The notes: a model not told the origin generated them from the sequence alone. Shown: positions 38,290-50,479, numbered from the whole stretch's first letter. The stretch: 63,937 nt of DNA, filler included, from Octopus bimaculoides (GCF_001194135.2; 7 parts of 6 records of this genome joined end to end with filler, not necessarily neighbours in it), one strand, 5' to 3'. Numbers and translations are program-made.

Positions 38290-38620
38290 TGTTGACTTTA
38301 TTGTGGCCACCATTGTTACGGGGTGCGGGAAGGGGGAAAATGTTTTCATTTCAAGGATGCACCTTTATCCCTCGGGGTAGAACATGCCGTTTAACTTCCG
38401 CAGATCGCAGTTCCCGGTGAGGCCATGCTTCGCCATGTCCATCAACAAATCCCAAGGCCAAACACTATCGGTTGCGGTCATCCATTTGGGGGAGCCGTGC
38501 TCTTCACATGGGCAACTTTATATGGCCTTCTCCCGTGTGGGGAGTAGAAACGTACTTTTTGTATAAGCACCACAGGACAGAACACGCAATGTTGTCTATA
38601 GCGAAGTTTTATAGACGCAG
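38290..38620 (+). mobile_element. Helitron PIF1-like helicase C-terminal fragment
   Basis: MPFNFRRSQFPVRPCFAMSINKSQGQTL...HGQLYMAFSRV...TRNVVYSEVL* is the standard Helitron helicase end. Confidence 0.9.
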
Positions 38621-39324
38621 AAAGAAGAATATCTCAGGTTATTTAGAATATTTAATTAGAATAAGGTTAATTAAAAAATGGAGAAGTAGAAGTAATTAAT
38701 GTCTTACAGCTGATTTTGGGATACCCCAGGTCATGGGTCAACATCCCCATACACTGGGTATTCCGTCATCAGAGACAAGGTATTTATGCAGGAATATTCT
38801 TAGGTATATATTTATACTTATATGTGTATATGTGTCTCTTTGTGTGNNNNNNNNNNNNNNNNNNNNNNNNNNNNNNNNNNNNNNNNNNNNNNNNNNNNNN
38901 NNNNNNNNNNNNNNNNNNNNNNNNNNNNNNNNNNNNNNNNNNNNNNNNNNNNNNNNNNNNNNNNNNNNNNNNNNNNNNNNNNNNNNNNNNNNNNNNNNNN
39001 NNNNNNNNNNNNNNNNNNNNNNNNNNNNNNNNNNNNNNNNNNNNNNNNNNNNNNNNNNNNNNNNNNNNNNNNNNNNNNNNNNNNNNNNNNNNNNNNNNNN
39101 NNNNNNNNNNNNNNNNNNNNNNNNNNNNNNNNNNNNNNNNNNNNNNNNNNNNNNNNNNNNNNNNNNNNNNNNNNNNNNNNNNNNNNNNNNNNNNNNNNNN
39201 NNNNNNNNNNNNNNNNNNNNNNNNNNNNNNNNNNNNNNNNNNNNNNNNNNNNNNNNNNNNNNNCAAACACCACGACAAACACCACGGATACAGAAAACAA
39301 TGGGGTAGGTAATCGTTTGCCTTT

Positions 39325-39374
<50 letters not shown>

Positions 39375-39936
39375 CATTAATTAACAGTAGGAGATGGATT
39401 TTGTATTAGACTTTTAATACTATTATTGAATATGATTGGAAACCGGCCCCCCGAAATACTACCATAGACTCCCAATTTATTATTTTGCTTGTGGACTTTA
39501 AAAAGGACCTTAAGCGGTCCTTCTAGCTAAAACCTTCCTTTTAATACACCAGATCCCGATAAACTATTAAACAATATATGTACGTATCATGAGAAGGGCA
39601 GCACCACAGAGTTGTATTCAAAACCTGAGTTGCCATCGTTGAAATGGTAGCGGGGGTGGATACGGATATTTGCTGGGAGGGGCAGGTGCTCTGGTTATAA
39701 GTAGTTAATTAGTATAGACTACGTATAGTTAAATTTGTGCTAAATAAATACAATTAAAAGCGAAACAACTTGCTATGAAGAATATAGTTGTGGAGTCTGG
39801 TCAGTAAGAATGCCCGGAAGGAATTCGAATTTTACAATATTATTAAATTTCGTATTTAGTAATTTGGTTTCAGCCCACTAGTCGTTGAATAAATATGTAC
39901 TCTACTGTAAAGTATTAAGTGAAAACAAACATTTAA

Positions 39937-40009
<73 letters not shown>

Positions 40010-40415
40010 CACTAACATATATAATGTAGAGATTCAAGAAATTTTTATTAGTATAATTACATTCGTAGTGGGGAGATAAAACATTCTTTATCTTAATGAT
40101 TAATTATGGACAAGAAAGAAAATGGAGACAAATCTGAAATTTAATTCGATTAAAATCATTTTGTTGGGTTCAGTCCTACTGTGCGGCACCTTGGGCGGTG
40201 GTGGTGATTGCCTCCTGCTAGTGATATAAACAAGAGTGCGTGTATGCACCATAATTCCAATCGAAAGTTCTCAGTATTTTGTGTTCTAACACAACATCCA
40301 CTTTAAAGTGGAGATAACTGTTACCTTTTGGTATCAATGCCGCTTCTGTCGCTATTGTTATTGATAGATTGACTGAATGATTAATCAAACAATCGATTTG
40401 CTAATTGGTTAAATA

Positions 40416-40750
40416 GGCACATGGACTCAGTGGTTAGAGCACCGGGCTAACAATCATGAAGTAGTGAGTTCGATTTCTGGACCAGGCTGTGTGCTGTATT
40501 CTTGAGCAAGACACTTTATTTCACGTTGTTCCAGTTCACTCAGCTGTAGACATGAGTTGTGATGTCACAGGTGCCAAGCTGTATCGGCCCCTTTGCCTTT
40601 CCCTTGGATAACACTGGTGGCATGGAGAGGAGAGACTGGTATACATGGTCTTCCATAAACAAGCTTTCCTGGACTTGTGCCTCAGAGGGGAATATTATAG
40701 GTGCAATCCCATGGTCATTCATGACCGAAAGGGGTCTTTTCCCTTTACCC
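40416..40750 (+). mobile_element. SINE family D, flanked by a perfect 16-bp inverted repeat
   Basis: Homologous to 36755-37085; ATTTGCTAATTGGTTA (40396-40411) and TAACCAATTAGCAAAT (40751-40766). Confidence 0.85.
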
Positions 40751-40906
40751 TAACCAATTAGCAAATAAATAAGGAAGTGAAACAGAACTAGTGCGTGTGT
40801 TTATTGTTGGCAAAATGAACTTCTTTCTTCATAATGGTCGGGATTAGGTATTTGAAATTGAAATTAACGAATCACAAGGGAAAAGATGCATTCTTTTCTC
40901 TTGTAG

Positions 40907-41002
40907 ACTTTTCAAACAAAAGTACCACCAAAACTGAAATATCATTACTTTTATCCAGAAGGAAAGAAGATCCAAGAACGAAATATTGCTTATTTCAGGT
41001 TT
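40907..41002 (+). CDS. Gene 1 candidate extracellular exon (phase 1-1): DFSNKSTTKTEISLLLSRRKEDPRTKYCLFQV
   Basis: Strong acceptor TTCTTTTCTCTTGTAG|, donor TTT|GTATGT, 96 nt, in phase with the TM exon. An alternative frame (TFQTKVPPKLKYHYFYPEG...) is also open. Confidence 0.45.
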
Positions 41003-41055
41003 GTATGTTTTTGCTTGATTCATTTCTTCTACTTGGCTTTCATCTTCTTTCGGCA

Positions 41056-41110
<55 letters not shown>

Positions 41111-41496
41111 NNNNNNNNNNNNNNNNNNNNNNNNNNNNNNNNNNNNNNNNNNNNNNNNNNNNNNNNNNNNNNNNNNNNNNNNNNNNNNNNNNNNNNNNNN
41201 NNNNNNNNNNNNNNNNNNNNNNNNNNNNNNNNNNNNNNNNNNNNNNNNNNNNNNNNNNNNNNNNNNNNNNNNNNNNNNNNNNNNNNNNNNNNNNNNNNNN
41301 NNNNNNNNNNNNNNNNNNNNNNNNNNNNNNNNNNNNNNNNNNNNNNNNNNNNNNNNNNNNNNNNNNNNNNNNNNNNNNNNNNNNNNNNNNNNNNNNNNNN
41401 NNNNNNNNNNNNNNNNNNNNNNNNNNNNNNNNNCGAACAACATCATTTGTATGGCGGTGATGATCGTTTACAGCCATCACGTGATATCAAGACAAG

Positions 41497-41550
<54 letters not shown>

Positions 41551-41914
41551 AGCACGTGTCCACGACTGTCCTCTATCGCCAGAGAATAAAATTGTCCTTT
41601 TTCTTCATATCAACTACGGAAAACTGTTGATTCTTGAGATTCTTTTCCTTTCTCATATGGAACTGGTCTCCACTGACATTTGGTAATTGTGACACATCAT
41701 CTTGCAGTGAAGTTAATTTTGATAAATCAAAGACTTATGCAGTCTGGTATTTCATACACCTGTAATTGCCTGTTTTGTTCATGTGCCACTGGCAACTCTT
41801 TGTTATTATTTCTCTTCATCATATATGCCATCAAACACGGTCCGAGGTTCTGTTTTAAACCATTTGTCTGTTTACTATAAATTCCTGTTTGATACTGATA
41901 TAAAAATCTTCCAG

Positions 41915-42005
41915 TTCTGACGGAAATAAGAAATGTTATCGATTCCATTGCAGTCCTCATGCCATGTATACTTGTGCCAATGATAGCCGTCATCATATAC
42001 ACCTG
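41915..42005 (+). CDS. Gene 1 transmembrane exon: LTEIRNVIDSIAVLMPCILVPMIAVIIYT
   Basis: Branch-like ACTGAT, acceptor CTTCCAG|, donor CTG|GTAAGA; ~20-residue hydrophobic run; phase 1-2. Confidence 0.6.
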
Positions 42006-42173
42006 GTAAGAAACTCCTTCTTTTATTCTTTCACTTGTTTTAGTGAGGCTGGTTTTTCATTTTCCCAAATGCGATAATTAGGACGATTAACCTTTCCACA
42101 TGTGCGAAAGGTCACTTCATCACTGAACAGAATTTTGTTGATTAAATCAACACTCTCAATTTGATCAATAAGC

Positions 42174-42450
42174 TCAGCGCACATCACTGATCTTTGGAGA
42201 TAATCCTATTCTTGTAAGTTGTGAAACATTTGAATGCGATAAGCATTTTTGTTTCCGGTCACTTGGTACGATTCTGTGGATTGGTGTACGTGAAATTTCT
42301 ACCATGTTAATTACCCTACGAGTTGATAATCGCGGATCCTGTTCAGATACTTCTCGAACCACTTCAGTTCTTCGTATATCTATCCCTTTATCTTTCATGC
42401 TACCACAAACATCCGTTCTTCCCCATTCATCATCAGTTATTTGGGTCTGA
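42174..42450 (-). mobile_element. Tc1/mariner-type HTH fragment
   Basis: TEVVREVSEQDPRLSTRRVINMVEISRTPIHRI resembles the transposase second HTH (DPR.STR.IA..L.IS..TVHRIL). Confidence 0.4.
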
Positions 42451-42554
42451 AAAATAGAAATAAAACTACAAATATTGACATAAACCGATAAGTATTTTGT
42501 GTTAACCTTTATGATTGTATAGAATTACTTTTTAAAAAATCGGATGTCACTTAA

Positions 42555-42625
42555 ATAGATAGTTTAGTGATAGAACACTCATCCAGTATCTAAGGGATAC
42601 AGGTTCGACTCCCGTAGCCGCCGTC
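42555..42625 (+). other. tRNA-like head (SINE head or tRNA pseudogene, AGT anticodon-like loop)
   Basis: A box TAGTTTAGTGATAG and B box GGTTCGACTCCC, but no paired acceptor stem. Confidence 0.45.
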
Positions 42626-42969
42626 TGGTAACTTTTTTACCCGTCTTATAAGGCTAAATACCCAATTTTTTTCTGTTGTCCTTACCGCTTTATTGCGTTC
42701 GGAATTTACTTTCTTGTCTATGATATTTATCAATTTCTGGCCATTTACCAAAATTTGAAGCAATTGTTATATTATTGTATTACCTGGATCTTCAGATTTT
42801 CTTCGTCCGTTTATTGCTGTTTATTATACATATTGAATCTTCAAATTTAGACGTTTTGGAGATGTGGGGGGTGGGGGTGCACCCCTTAACGGCAACATCA
42901 TCTTATGTCACATGGCGCAAATTTTTACAGATACATTTATCAATAATCGAATATTCTTTCTAATTTTGA

Positions 42970-43500
42970 ACAAAAGATCAGCTATTCTAGGGGAGGAGCA
43001 AATCGATTACATCGACCCCAGTGCTCCGTCGATATTTTATCGGCCCCGAAACCATGAAGGACAAAGTCAGTCTCGGTAGAATTTGAACTTAGGGCGTAAA
43101 GAGGGACGAAACGCCGCTAAGCTCTTTTGTCGACGATCCTGCTAGTTCGCCGCCTTCTCAGGGCTCTCCAAGATTGGTTTCATATTTTGGCACAAGGCCA
43201 GCAATTTCGGGGAAGGGAGTAAGTCGATGAGCTAATACTTATTTTATCGATCCCGAAAGGATGAAGTGCTGCTAAGCATTTGGCCCGGAGTCCTAAGGAT
43301 ATTCGCCGCCTTCTTAGTATATAAGGATTTCAAATTTTGGTACAACATCAGCAATTTCGGGGACGGTGGGGATTGGTACTTATTTTATCGATCCGAAAGG
43401 CTGAAAGGCAATGCCGCCCCTGGCGGAATTCGAACTCAGAACGTGAAGACGGACAAAATGCCGCTGAACATTTTGCCCCGCGTGCTAACGATTCTGCCAG
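42970..43500 (-). mobile_element. Three tandem family A SINE copies
   Basis: Reverse-complement family A bodies at ~42970, ~43180 and ~43330. Confidence 0.8.
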
Positions 43501-43728
43501 CTCCAATAACAATCAACTGTATAAAAATAAAACTGGAATTTTCAATCGTTGAACGGTTTTGTATTCCACAAAAGCAAAATGATAATCAAATGAATCCATG
43601 GGTGAAAAATGGTAAACATCCTTCTTAAGGATTCAAATGTCTCTCAAACATATTTGAATCGGTTCCACGTTTTTAATTCCCCGGAATAACTGCTGAGTGC
43701 TCCTAATGCGGAAATATTCTCGTTTCAG

Positions 43729-43870
43729 CTACAAAGTAAGAGATCGACCGAAACCTAGGCCACTGCCGCCACCAGACATGGTAGAAAGAATGTATCTAGA
43801 AGCTCAGAGGAATGCAACTTTGCGCTCCCAGTCTATTTTCAACTCGACAGAACATATAGTGACAAGCGCG
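43729..43870 (+). CDS. Gene 1 cytoplasmic exon: (C)YKVRDRPKPRPLPPPDMVERMYLEAQRNATLRSQSIFNSTEHIVTSA
   Basis: Acceptor ATTCTCGTTTCAG|, donor GCG|GTAAGA, 142 nt; phase 2 start matches the TM exon; basic stop-transfer residues follow the helix. Confidence 0.65.
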
Positions 43871-43904
43871 GTAAGATTTTGAAATTCTAAAATAGTTTAG
43901 ATGG

Positions 43905-44035
43905 ACATGGCTCTGTGGTAAGAGGCCTACTTCCCAACCAAATGGTCTTCGGTTCAATCCCGCCATAGCCTTCGGCCTACCGTGGCCTTGTAAGTGGATT
44001 TGTTCGGCGGAAACTGAAGGAAACCCGTCGTGGCT
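43905..44035 (+). mobile_element. SINE family B, 5' fragment
   Basis: Head plus GGAAACTGAAGGAAACCCGTCG. Confidence 0.65.
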
Positions 44036-44073
44036 TTCCAAAAACTTTCCCCTTTTCTAGTTTTGATCACCTG

Positions 44074-44118
<45 letters not shown>

Positions 44119-45380
44119 TTTTTGTCAGATATAAATCTTCCGGAACTGACTTTTATTTGGATGCTGTGGTACTTACCGTGAATAAACATAACATACGCGG
44201 ACTATCGACTTTATGACTGATACTCGAAGAATATCGCTACTTTCCAAGAATGAAAAACAACCATTCTGAAGACAGGACTTCATTTCGCAACACTGTACAA
44301 TTCAATTATTTTAAAAACTTTCTCAAAGAAAATATAAGAATCTCAAAAAGGAAACTTTAAAGTTTTACACCAAACATTACAGATACCAATTGACCATATT
44401 TGCTGCTTTATAAGACGCATCTTTTATATTTTTAACTGTAACAAAAAAACTGCCATGCGTCTGATGCGACCGTATTACGGATGGGAGACCAAATGCCGAA
44501 GGCCAGCAGGCTGGACGACCATGAGTTTGCTATAATTGTTACTGATGGCAAAATATAGAAAACAAGACAAAATATAGCAGTCTGTTGGCATAAATTTACC
44601 AAAATTGGTTTTGCTGCTTTGGTAGTCATGTGGGAAGGTTACATCGTCAGATTGTGCCTCCTTCCTCTGTATACAGGTTCCAATCCTGATATATATATCT
44701 TACATTATTTAATGAGTGTTGTTACATTTGAGAAACTTTTTCTCATTATTTAAATAAGTGATTCTCATCCGGGGTCCATAATGACCCTTGGTAGGAGGTG
44801 GGAGGTCCACATAAGATTTTTTTAAAATTTATCTGGAATAAGCTGGTTATATATTTCTACATACACAAAATATTTGAACATTATTTTTTATACAATTCTT
44901 AATAATATTGAGAAGTCCGACTGAGAAATGTTGAGTGTATTTAAAATTAAATATCATTTTTTTTTAAAAAACGGTCTACCTTTATTTCATCTCACAAACA
45001 ATTGCAACACTATCGGCGTATTTTTAGCAATAGTAAAACTGTGTGAAATTAACAATCTAATGAGAATTTCATAACATTGTGAGATTTAGCAAAGATTTTT
45101 TTTTTTTTATGCAAGAATTTTTGTAAATGTTTCAGTCCTGGTAATATTGCTATGGCCATGTTTATTTTCTAAATATCTGTCCCTACATTAACATAAGAGG
45201 CGAGTTAAAGATCAGCAATTCAATCAATGGAATTTATTTTATAATGATTAAGATATTTAAGAGGAGATGATCAGAAGTGAATCTAATTTACGAAGTTAGT
45301 ACATGTAAGCATGATGCACTTGCAATGCTTGTTCATATCACTGGATCACCTTTTGGCCTCGTGCCTATAATAGAAAGGGC

Positions 45381-45434
<54 letters not shown>

Positions 45435-45805
45435 GGCGGTGAGCTGGCAGAATCGTTAGCACGCCGGGCGAAATGCTTAGCGGCATTTCGCTCGTCTTTA
45501 CATTCTGAGTTCAAATTCCGCCGAGGTCAACTTTATATGAGTATGCTTGTGTGAGTGTGTGTGTGCGTGTGTGTGTGTGTGCATGTGTGTGTGTGTGCGT
45601 GTGTGTGTCCCTCTACGCTACCACTTGACAAGCAGTGTTGGTGTGCTTATGTCCCCGTAACATAGCGGTTCAGTAAAAGAGACCGATAGAATAAGAACAA
45701 GGCTTTAAATCAAATAAGTGCTGAGGTCGATTTCTTGGACTAAAAATTCTTCATGGTGGTGCTGCAGCATGGCCGCAGTCTATCGCCTGAAACAAGTAAA
45801 AGAAA
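45435..45805 (+). mobile_element. Chimeric SINE: family A head joined via (TG)n to family B 3' half
   Basis: GGCGGTGAGCTGGCAG...GAGGTCAACTTT, then (TG)n, then TCCCCGTAACATAGCGGTTC...GAAACAAGTAAAAGA. Confidence 0.7.
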
Positions 45806-46269
45806 AGATAGATATAAAAAAAAAATTAAATCTGGGATAGTCACAATTGGATTTGCATTAGTCATCGGTCGCATGATCTTGACTGATTTCCTGGTTCTAA
45901 GTAGCCACAACAACAACAACAACAACAACAACAATGGCAGTAATAAAATACCTGGAACAATAACAACAACAGCAATAACAAAAACAAAAACAAAGGAACA
46001 GTAACACTATCAACTGTAGCAACAGCAACAGCAGCATCGACAACAGCAGCAATAACAACAATAGCAATAGCTGGAACAGCAGCAGCATCGACAGCGGGGA
46101 CCAACTACAGGGATCAGATTAGGAAACTCCAGTTAAGTGGAAGTTCTAGTTTGCCCTGAAGAAAATAGAATCAGTAGCATTTCAAGTGAAGAAGAGTTAT
46201 CGATAGAAAGAAATAGATTGGAGGGAGAAGTACTTAGCGAAGTAGATCATGCGGTTCTTTTTCAATTGA

Positions 46270-46685
46270 ATGAACTAAAAATCGAAAGGAGATGGGATAG
46301 ACTATGGGCATCAACTTGCTACCAAAGCAGCTAGTAATTTTACCTTGTACTTATTCGTAGTGCAATTCGATTTTAACAGTTATTTTTTCTCAAAGCTATA
46401 ATGGAAGTGACAAAGGAGCATATTCGACATATTTTGTTTTATGAGTTCAATAAAGGCAACAATGCAACGGAAAATGCGAGGAATATTAATACAGTATTTG
46501 GGGATCGGACAATAAGCGTAAGCTAGTGTCAACGGTGGTTGCAGAAATTCTGAGTTGGAAACTACAGCCTAGAAGACGAGTCTTGTCCTGGAAGATTTAT
46601 AGAGCTCCACATGGGCATTCTGCAAACCTTGCTGGAACAAAATTCCATTGAAACTGTTGAGGAATTAGCAGAGAAGCTAAGCTAA
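46270..46685 (+). mobile_element. Mariner (Hsmar1/cecropia-like) 5' fragment
   Basis: From ATG 46401: MEVTKEHIRHILFYEFNKGNNATENARNINTVFGD...CQRWLQKF..GNYSLEDE..PGR...TVEELAEKL, with in-frame stops. Confidence 0.85.
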
Positions 46686-46889
46686 GCTAAGCTATTCCCT
46701 GCCTGAACCGGAAGCCGAAGATATGAACATCTGGCTGTCAGGAATTACTAGCTTTCAAGAACAGTAACTCTTGCTATAGTTACCTCCCTTGAAATATAAT
46801 GCATCGTATATGCTTGAGTTATTTCTCTTGTAATATAATGCATTGAATGCATCAGAACTGTTTCTTTTTTCATTTGGCATCGAGGTTTA

Positions 46890-47050
46890 ACAAATATTCT
46901 TTTCTACTCTGGGTATAAGGCCCGAAATATTCGAGGAGGGGGGGCAGTCGATTAGATCGACCCAGTATGCAACTGGTACTTATTTTATCGAATCCGAAAG
47001 GATGAAAGGCAAAGTCGACCACAGCAGAATTTGAACTCAGAACACAAAGA
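46890..47050 (-). mobile_element. SINE family A, 3' part
   Basis: Reverse-complement family A body. Confidence 0.8.
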
Positions 47051-47289
47051 CAGAAGACGTGAGGTTTAACAAATATTATTATATTAGCATTTTTACTGTT
47101 GTTAGTTATTAGTCTCGTAAGTTGTTTGCTTCTCTTTTCCAAATCTACAATTTGCTGCCCCTCACGCCGCCATTTTTGTTTCCTTATTACTTTTTCTATA
47201 AGACATATGTTTGATGAAATTTCAAAAAAGACACGTTTTCGAACGTGAAGATAAACATGATGCCGATGAAATGATGAGTGTGTGCGCGC

Positions 47290-48020
47290 ACGCGTTGTGT
47301 GATGTCGTTTGTTCTGATATATTTCAGAATTTCATTGATATTTTTCGTTTCTTGGTTCAATTTCCATCGATCAACCTTTTTAAGGTTACAAATAATGTCG
47401 CTATTGTTCTCCTGTTGTCTTGCCTTTATTCTGTCGTAGATTGCCTTTTGTTCACCTGTCATGTCACCATTCGTTTTATTGTCCTTTTTTTAGATCATCT
47501 ATATGTCTCTCCTCAATTAAACTACCAAAGATCAGTGGGGACAGGTAGTTCCCTTGGAAGGTGCCCTTCCTGATTTCTACTGTCCCTAAACTTCTTCCGT
47601 ATGCTGTCAGGTCCGTCCTCCAATTCGCCATACTTTTTCCAAGCAATGGAAACAATGATATCAGTGATATCAGTGATGATAACAATGATAATAATGAAAG
47701 GAAACGGACGGAGCATCCTCCTCCTCCTCATGAGCTGATTAATGATAGATCTAGTGATGGTGTCACAATAAAAACACTGGTAATTGCGCAACCTGATAAT
47801 CGCTACGTCATATGAGTGACAGTGGAAAAGACAAAATATTGTGAATAACGGTCGTAATGAAACTGAAGCCCTTGATGGTGACAATGTTACACCCGGCAGG
47901 CTCAGAGATTCTGGTCCGGCTCCAGCCTGTCGATATCCAGAAGGGGACCACCACACACGGCGTAGATGGAGCAAGCAAATTAATGGTGAGGCGTGGTTGG
48001 AGTGCACCAAACTGTAGTTT
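47290..48020. mobile_element. Rearranged R4/Dong-like fragments (minus 47290-47650; plus 47700-48020)
   Basis: Minus: NLKKVDRWKLNQETKNINEILKYIRTNDIT and SMANWRT.L...VEIRKGTFQG..LSPLIF (RT GIFQGDSLSPL). Plus: RRRWSKQIN..WLEC (N-terminal RxKW motif). Confidence 0.65.
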
Positions 48021-48686
48021 AGCCGGGTTTTCTTCTTTTCTCTTTCTTTTTAAAATTCGTTTTACTTTTTTTTTTCTAATCCCTTCTGGTTTTACTAAAT
48101 TGCAAAATAAATAACTGCTAAGAAAAATTTACTTATTTCCGAAAATTATAGAAATATTCCTTAAAATAAACTTTCAGATAGTACGGGCACGTTTGGAATG
48201 GTTTGGATCATAATAAGCTTAACTTGGAGTCAACCATCACCACTACCGACACCACCACCACCATCCCCAACAATAGCAGTAAAAACAACAACAACAACAA
48301 CAACAAAGTGAATTATAATCATCCTCCTTCATGCTCTTTTACATCCTGAGACCCAGGACACCAAAGTAATCTAATTATTTAAGCTAATTAATATGAAGTG
48401 CCGACAGGAAATGAGAAACAGATTGCTAATAATTAAATGAGAAAATTAGCAATTTCTTTTTTTTATGGGGTTTTGTAGTTGGTCGAAGATGATCTCGTGA
48501 CGAAGTTTCAATGGAATCTTAGCATTTACTAAAACAGAAGAAGGCATTATCTCCGCTTTGGTACCAGAGCATCTATCCTTTACTTGTTTCTATCATTGGA
48601 CTGCGGCCATGATGGGGCACCATCTAGAAGAATTTGTAGTCGAACAAATCGATCTCGGTACTTATTTGTGTGTGTGTGTGTGTGCG

Positions 48687-48726
<40 letters not shown>

Positions 48727-49451
48727 TATGTATGTGAATATATTACTTATTTCTCATCTTCAGTGCAGCATTTCGAAATATAAATTTGAGAGTGTCAGGA
48801 TTAAATATATGTACGCTCCTATTTCTAAATTCGGTGCGTGGCGAAGCAATCAGCTGACCCCTGATTATAATTATGTTTATAATTATAGAATATTTATATA
48901 ATTTTACCTAAAAAGGTTATTTTAACGAACCGAACTACTTGGTAAAATTATTAATTATTAGTTAGTTAATTGATTAATTTTACTCTTTTATTTCTCTCTC
49001 TCTCTCTCTCTNNNNNNNNNNNNNNNNNNNNNNNNNNNNNNNNNNNNNNNNNNNNTTAATTAATTAANNNNNNNNNNNNNNNNNNNNNNNNNNNNNNNNN
49101 NNNNNNNNNNNTATATATATATATATATATATATAGTTTAGGGAAAAGAACCAAGTTTCAAGAACTCATCGATGAAAATCCACTATCACATATAGAAAAA
49201 TTAATAATAAAAAGCACAATAAATGAGTATAATATAAAACAAAGTAAATATCATAAGATAAAGATAGTATCTTTATCAGAAATAAAGAAATATATACATT
49301 ACCACTCACCACGTGGAGATAATCGAAATTTCTCCCTCTCTGTTACTTTATATATATATACATATATATACGTATACATAAAGAGAGAGGAGAGGTAGGG
49401 AAACGCTAGGAGAGTCAGGAAGAGGCAGGGAGAGGTTGAAGAAACACAGAA

Positions 49452-49499
<48 letters not shown>

Positions 49500-49500
49500 G

Positions 49501-49553
<53 letters not shown>

Positions 49554-49849
49554 GGATAGACAGAGTGACAGACAGACACGCACATACATATATATTCATA
49601 TACAAACATATCCATACGACGATGTGTTAATGAGTAGTCAGAAGTGTGTGTGTGTGTATGTGTGTGTGTGTGTGTGTGTGTGCATGCATATGAATAGGGG
49701 TGTATACGCATATGTGTGAGTGGATTTTGACACACAAATATATATTAGCTTATTCATTTATTTTCGTTGCTTTGCGAACTTCCCACCATATCGAATTTAA
49801 ACAGAACTCTGTAACTCTGTAAATAATAATTACATTGTCACATCACGTA

Positions 49850-49945
49850 AATAAGCCCTGCTGAAGCTCCGTGCTGTTTTTACACGTCAGTTACGTGAGG
49901 ATCGGTTAGCCAATGGGAAGTATGTGTCCATCCGCCATCTTGTAA
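49850..49945. promoter_or_regulatory. Candidate promoter: CRE-like ACGTCA/TTACGTGA, CCAAT box and YY1-like CCGCCATCTTG
   Basis: Motifs cluster within ~70 bp of locally CpG-rich unique sequence; donor-like AAA|GTATGG at 50038. Confidence 0.35.
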
Positions 49946-50479
49946 TTATTTATCTGTGATTGTTTTTTTTATTTTCGTTTTTTTTTTTCGTCATGAAGGT
50001 CATTAAAAACCGCATAATCCTGCTCAGGAACTACAAAGTATGGCCAATGTCTCACCTAATTAAATATTTGTATATGTGTATAAGCATGTGTGTGTGTGTG
50101 TTTGTGAGTATGTTGTGCGTTGCAGTGTTTGTGTGCGTATGTGTGTGCATCTGTATGCAAACGACAGCGTGAAAGTGCGTGTATGTGCCTATCGATACAT
50201 ACATATACACATACATCGTATATACATACGTATGTACATATCTATGTACGTATGTATGTATGTATGTATGTATGTATGTATGCATGCACATATATATACA
50301 TACACACACACACGTGTGTGTCCGTGTGTCTGCATGTGTGCGCGTGTGCATGCGTGTGTGTGCGTGCGTGCGTGTGTGTGTGCATGTGTGTGTGCATATG
50401 TGTGTGTGCGTGTGTGTGTGTGTGTGCGTGTGCGTGTGCGTGTGTGTGTGTGTGTGTGTAATATTCTGATGATCTCATA

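Noticed and set aside
42316-42447. Minus-strand host exon TQITDDEWGR...DPRLSTRR with good splice-like sites, and overlapping minus ORF 41727..42002
   Set aside because: The peptide continues past the donor as a transposase-like HTH, and the plus-strand TM/cytoplasmic chain explains the locus better; not fully excluded.
42555-42625. Functional tRNA-Thr gene
   Set aside because: No acceptor-stem pairing and degenerate arms; more likely a SINE head or pseudogene.
49140-49200. TCGATGAGTTCTTGAAAC (minus strand) and CTGATAGA...GAAACGTC at ~25435 as hammerheads
   Set aside because: Core mismatched and stem II absent; at best decayed relics.
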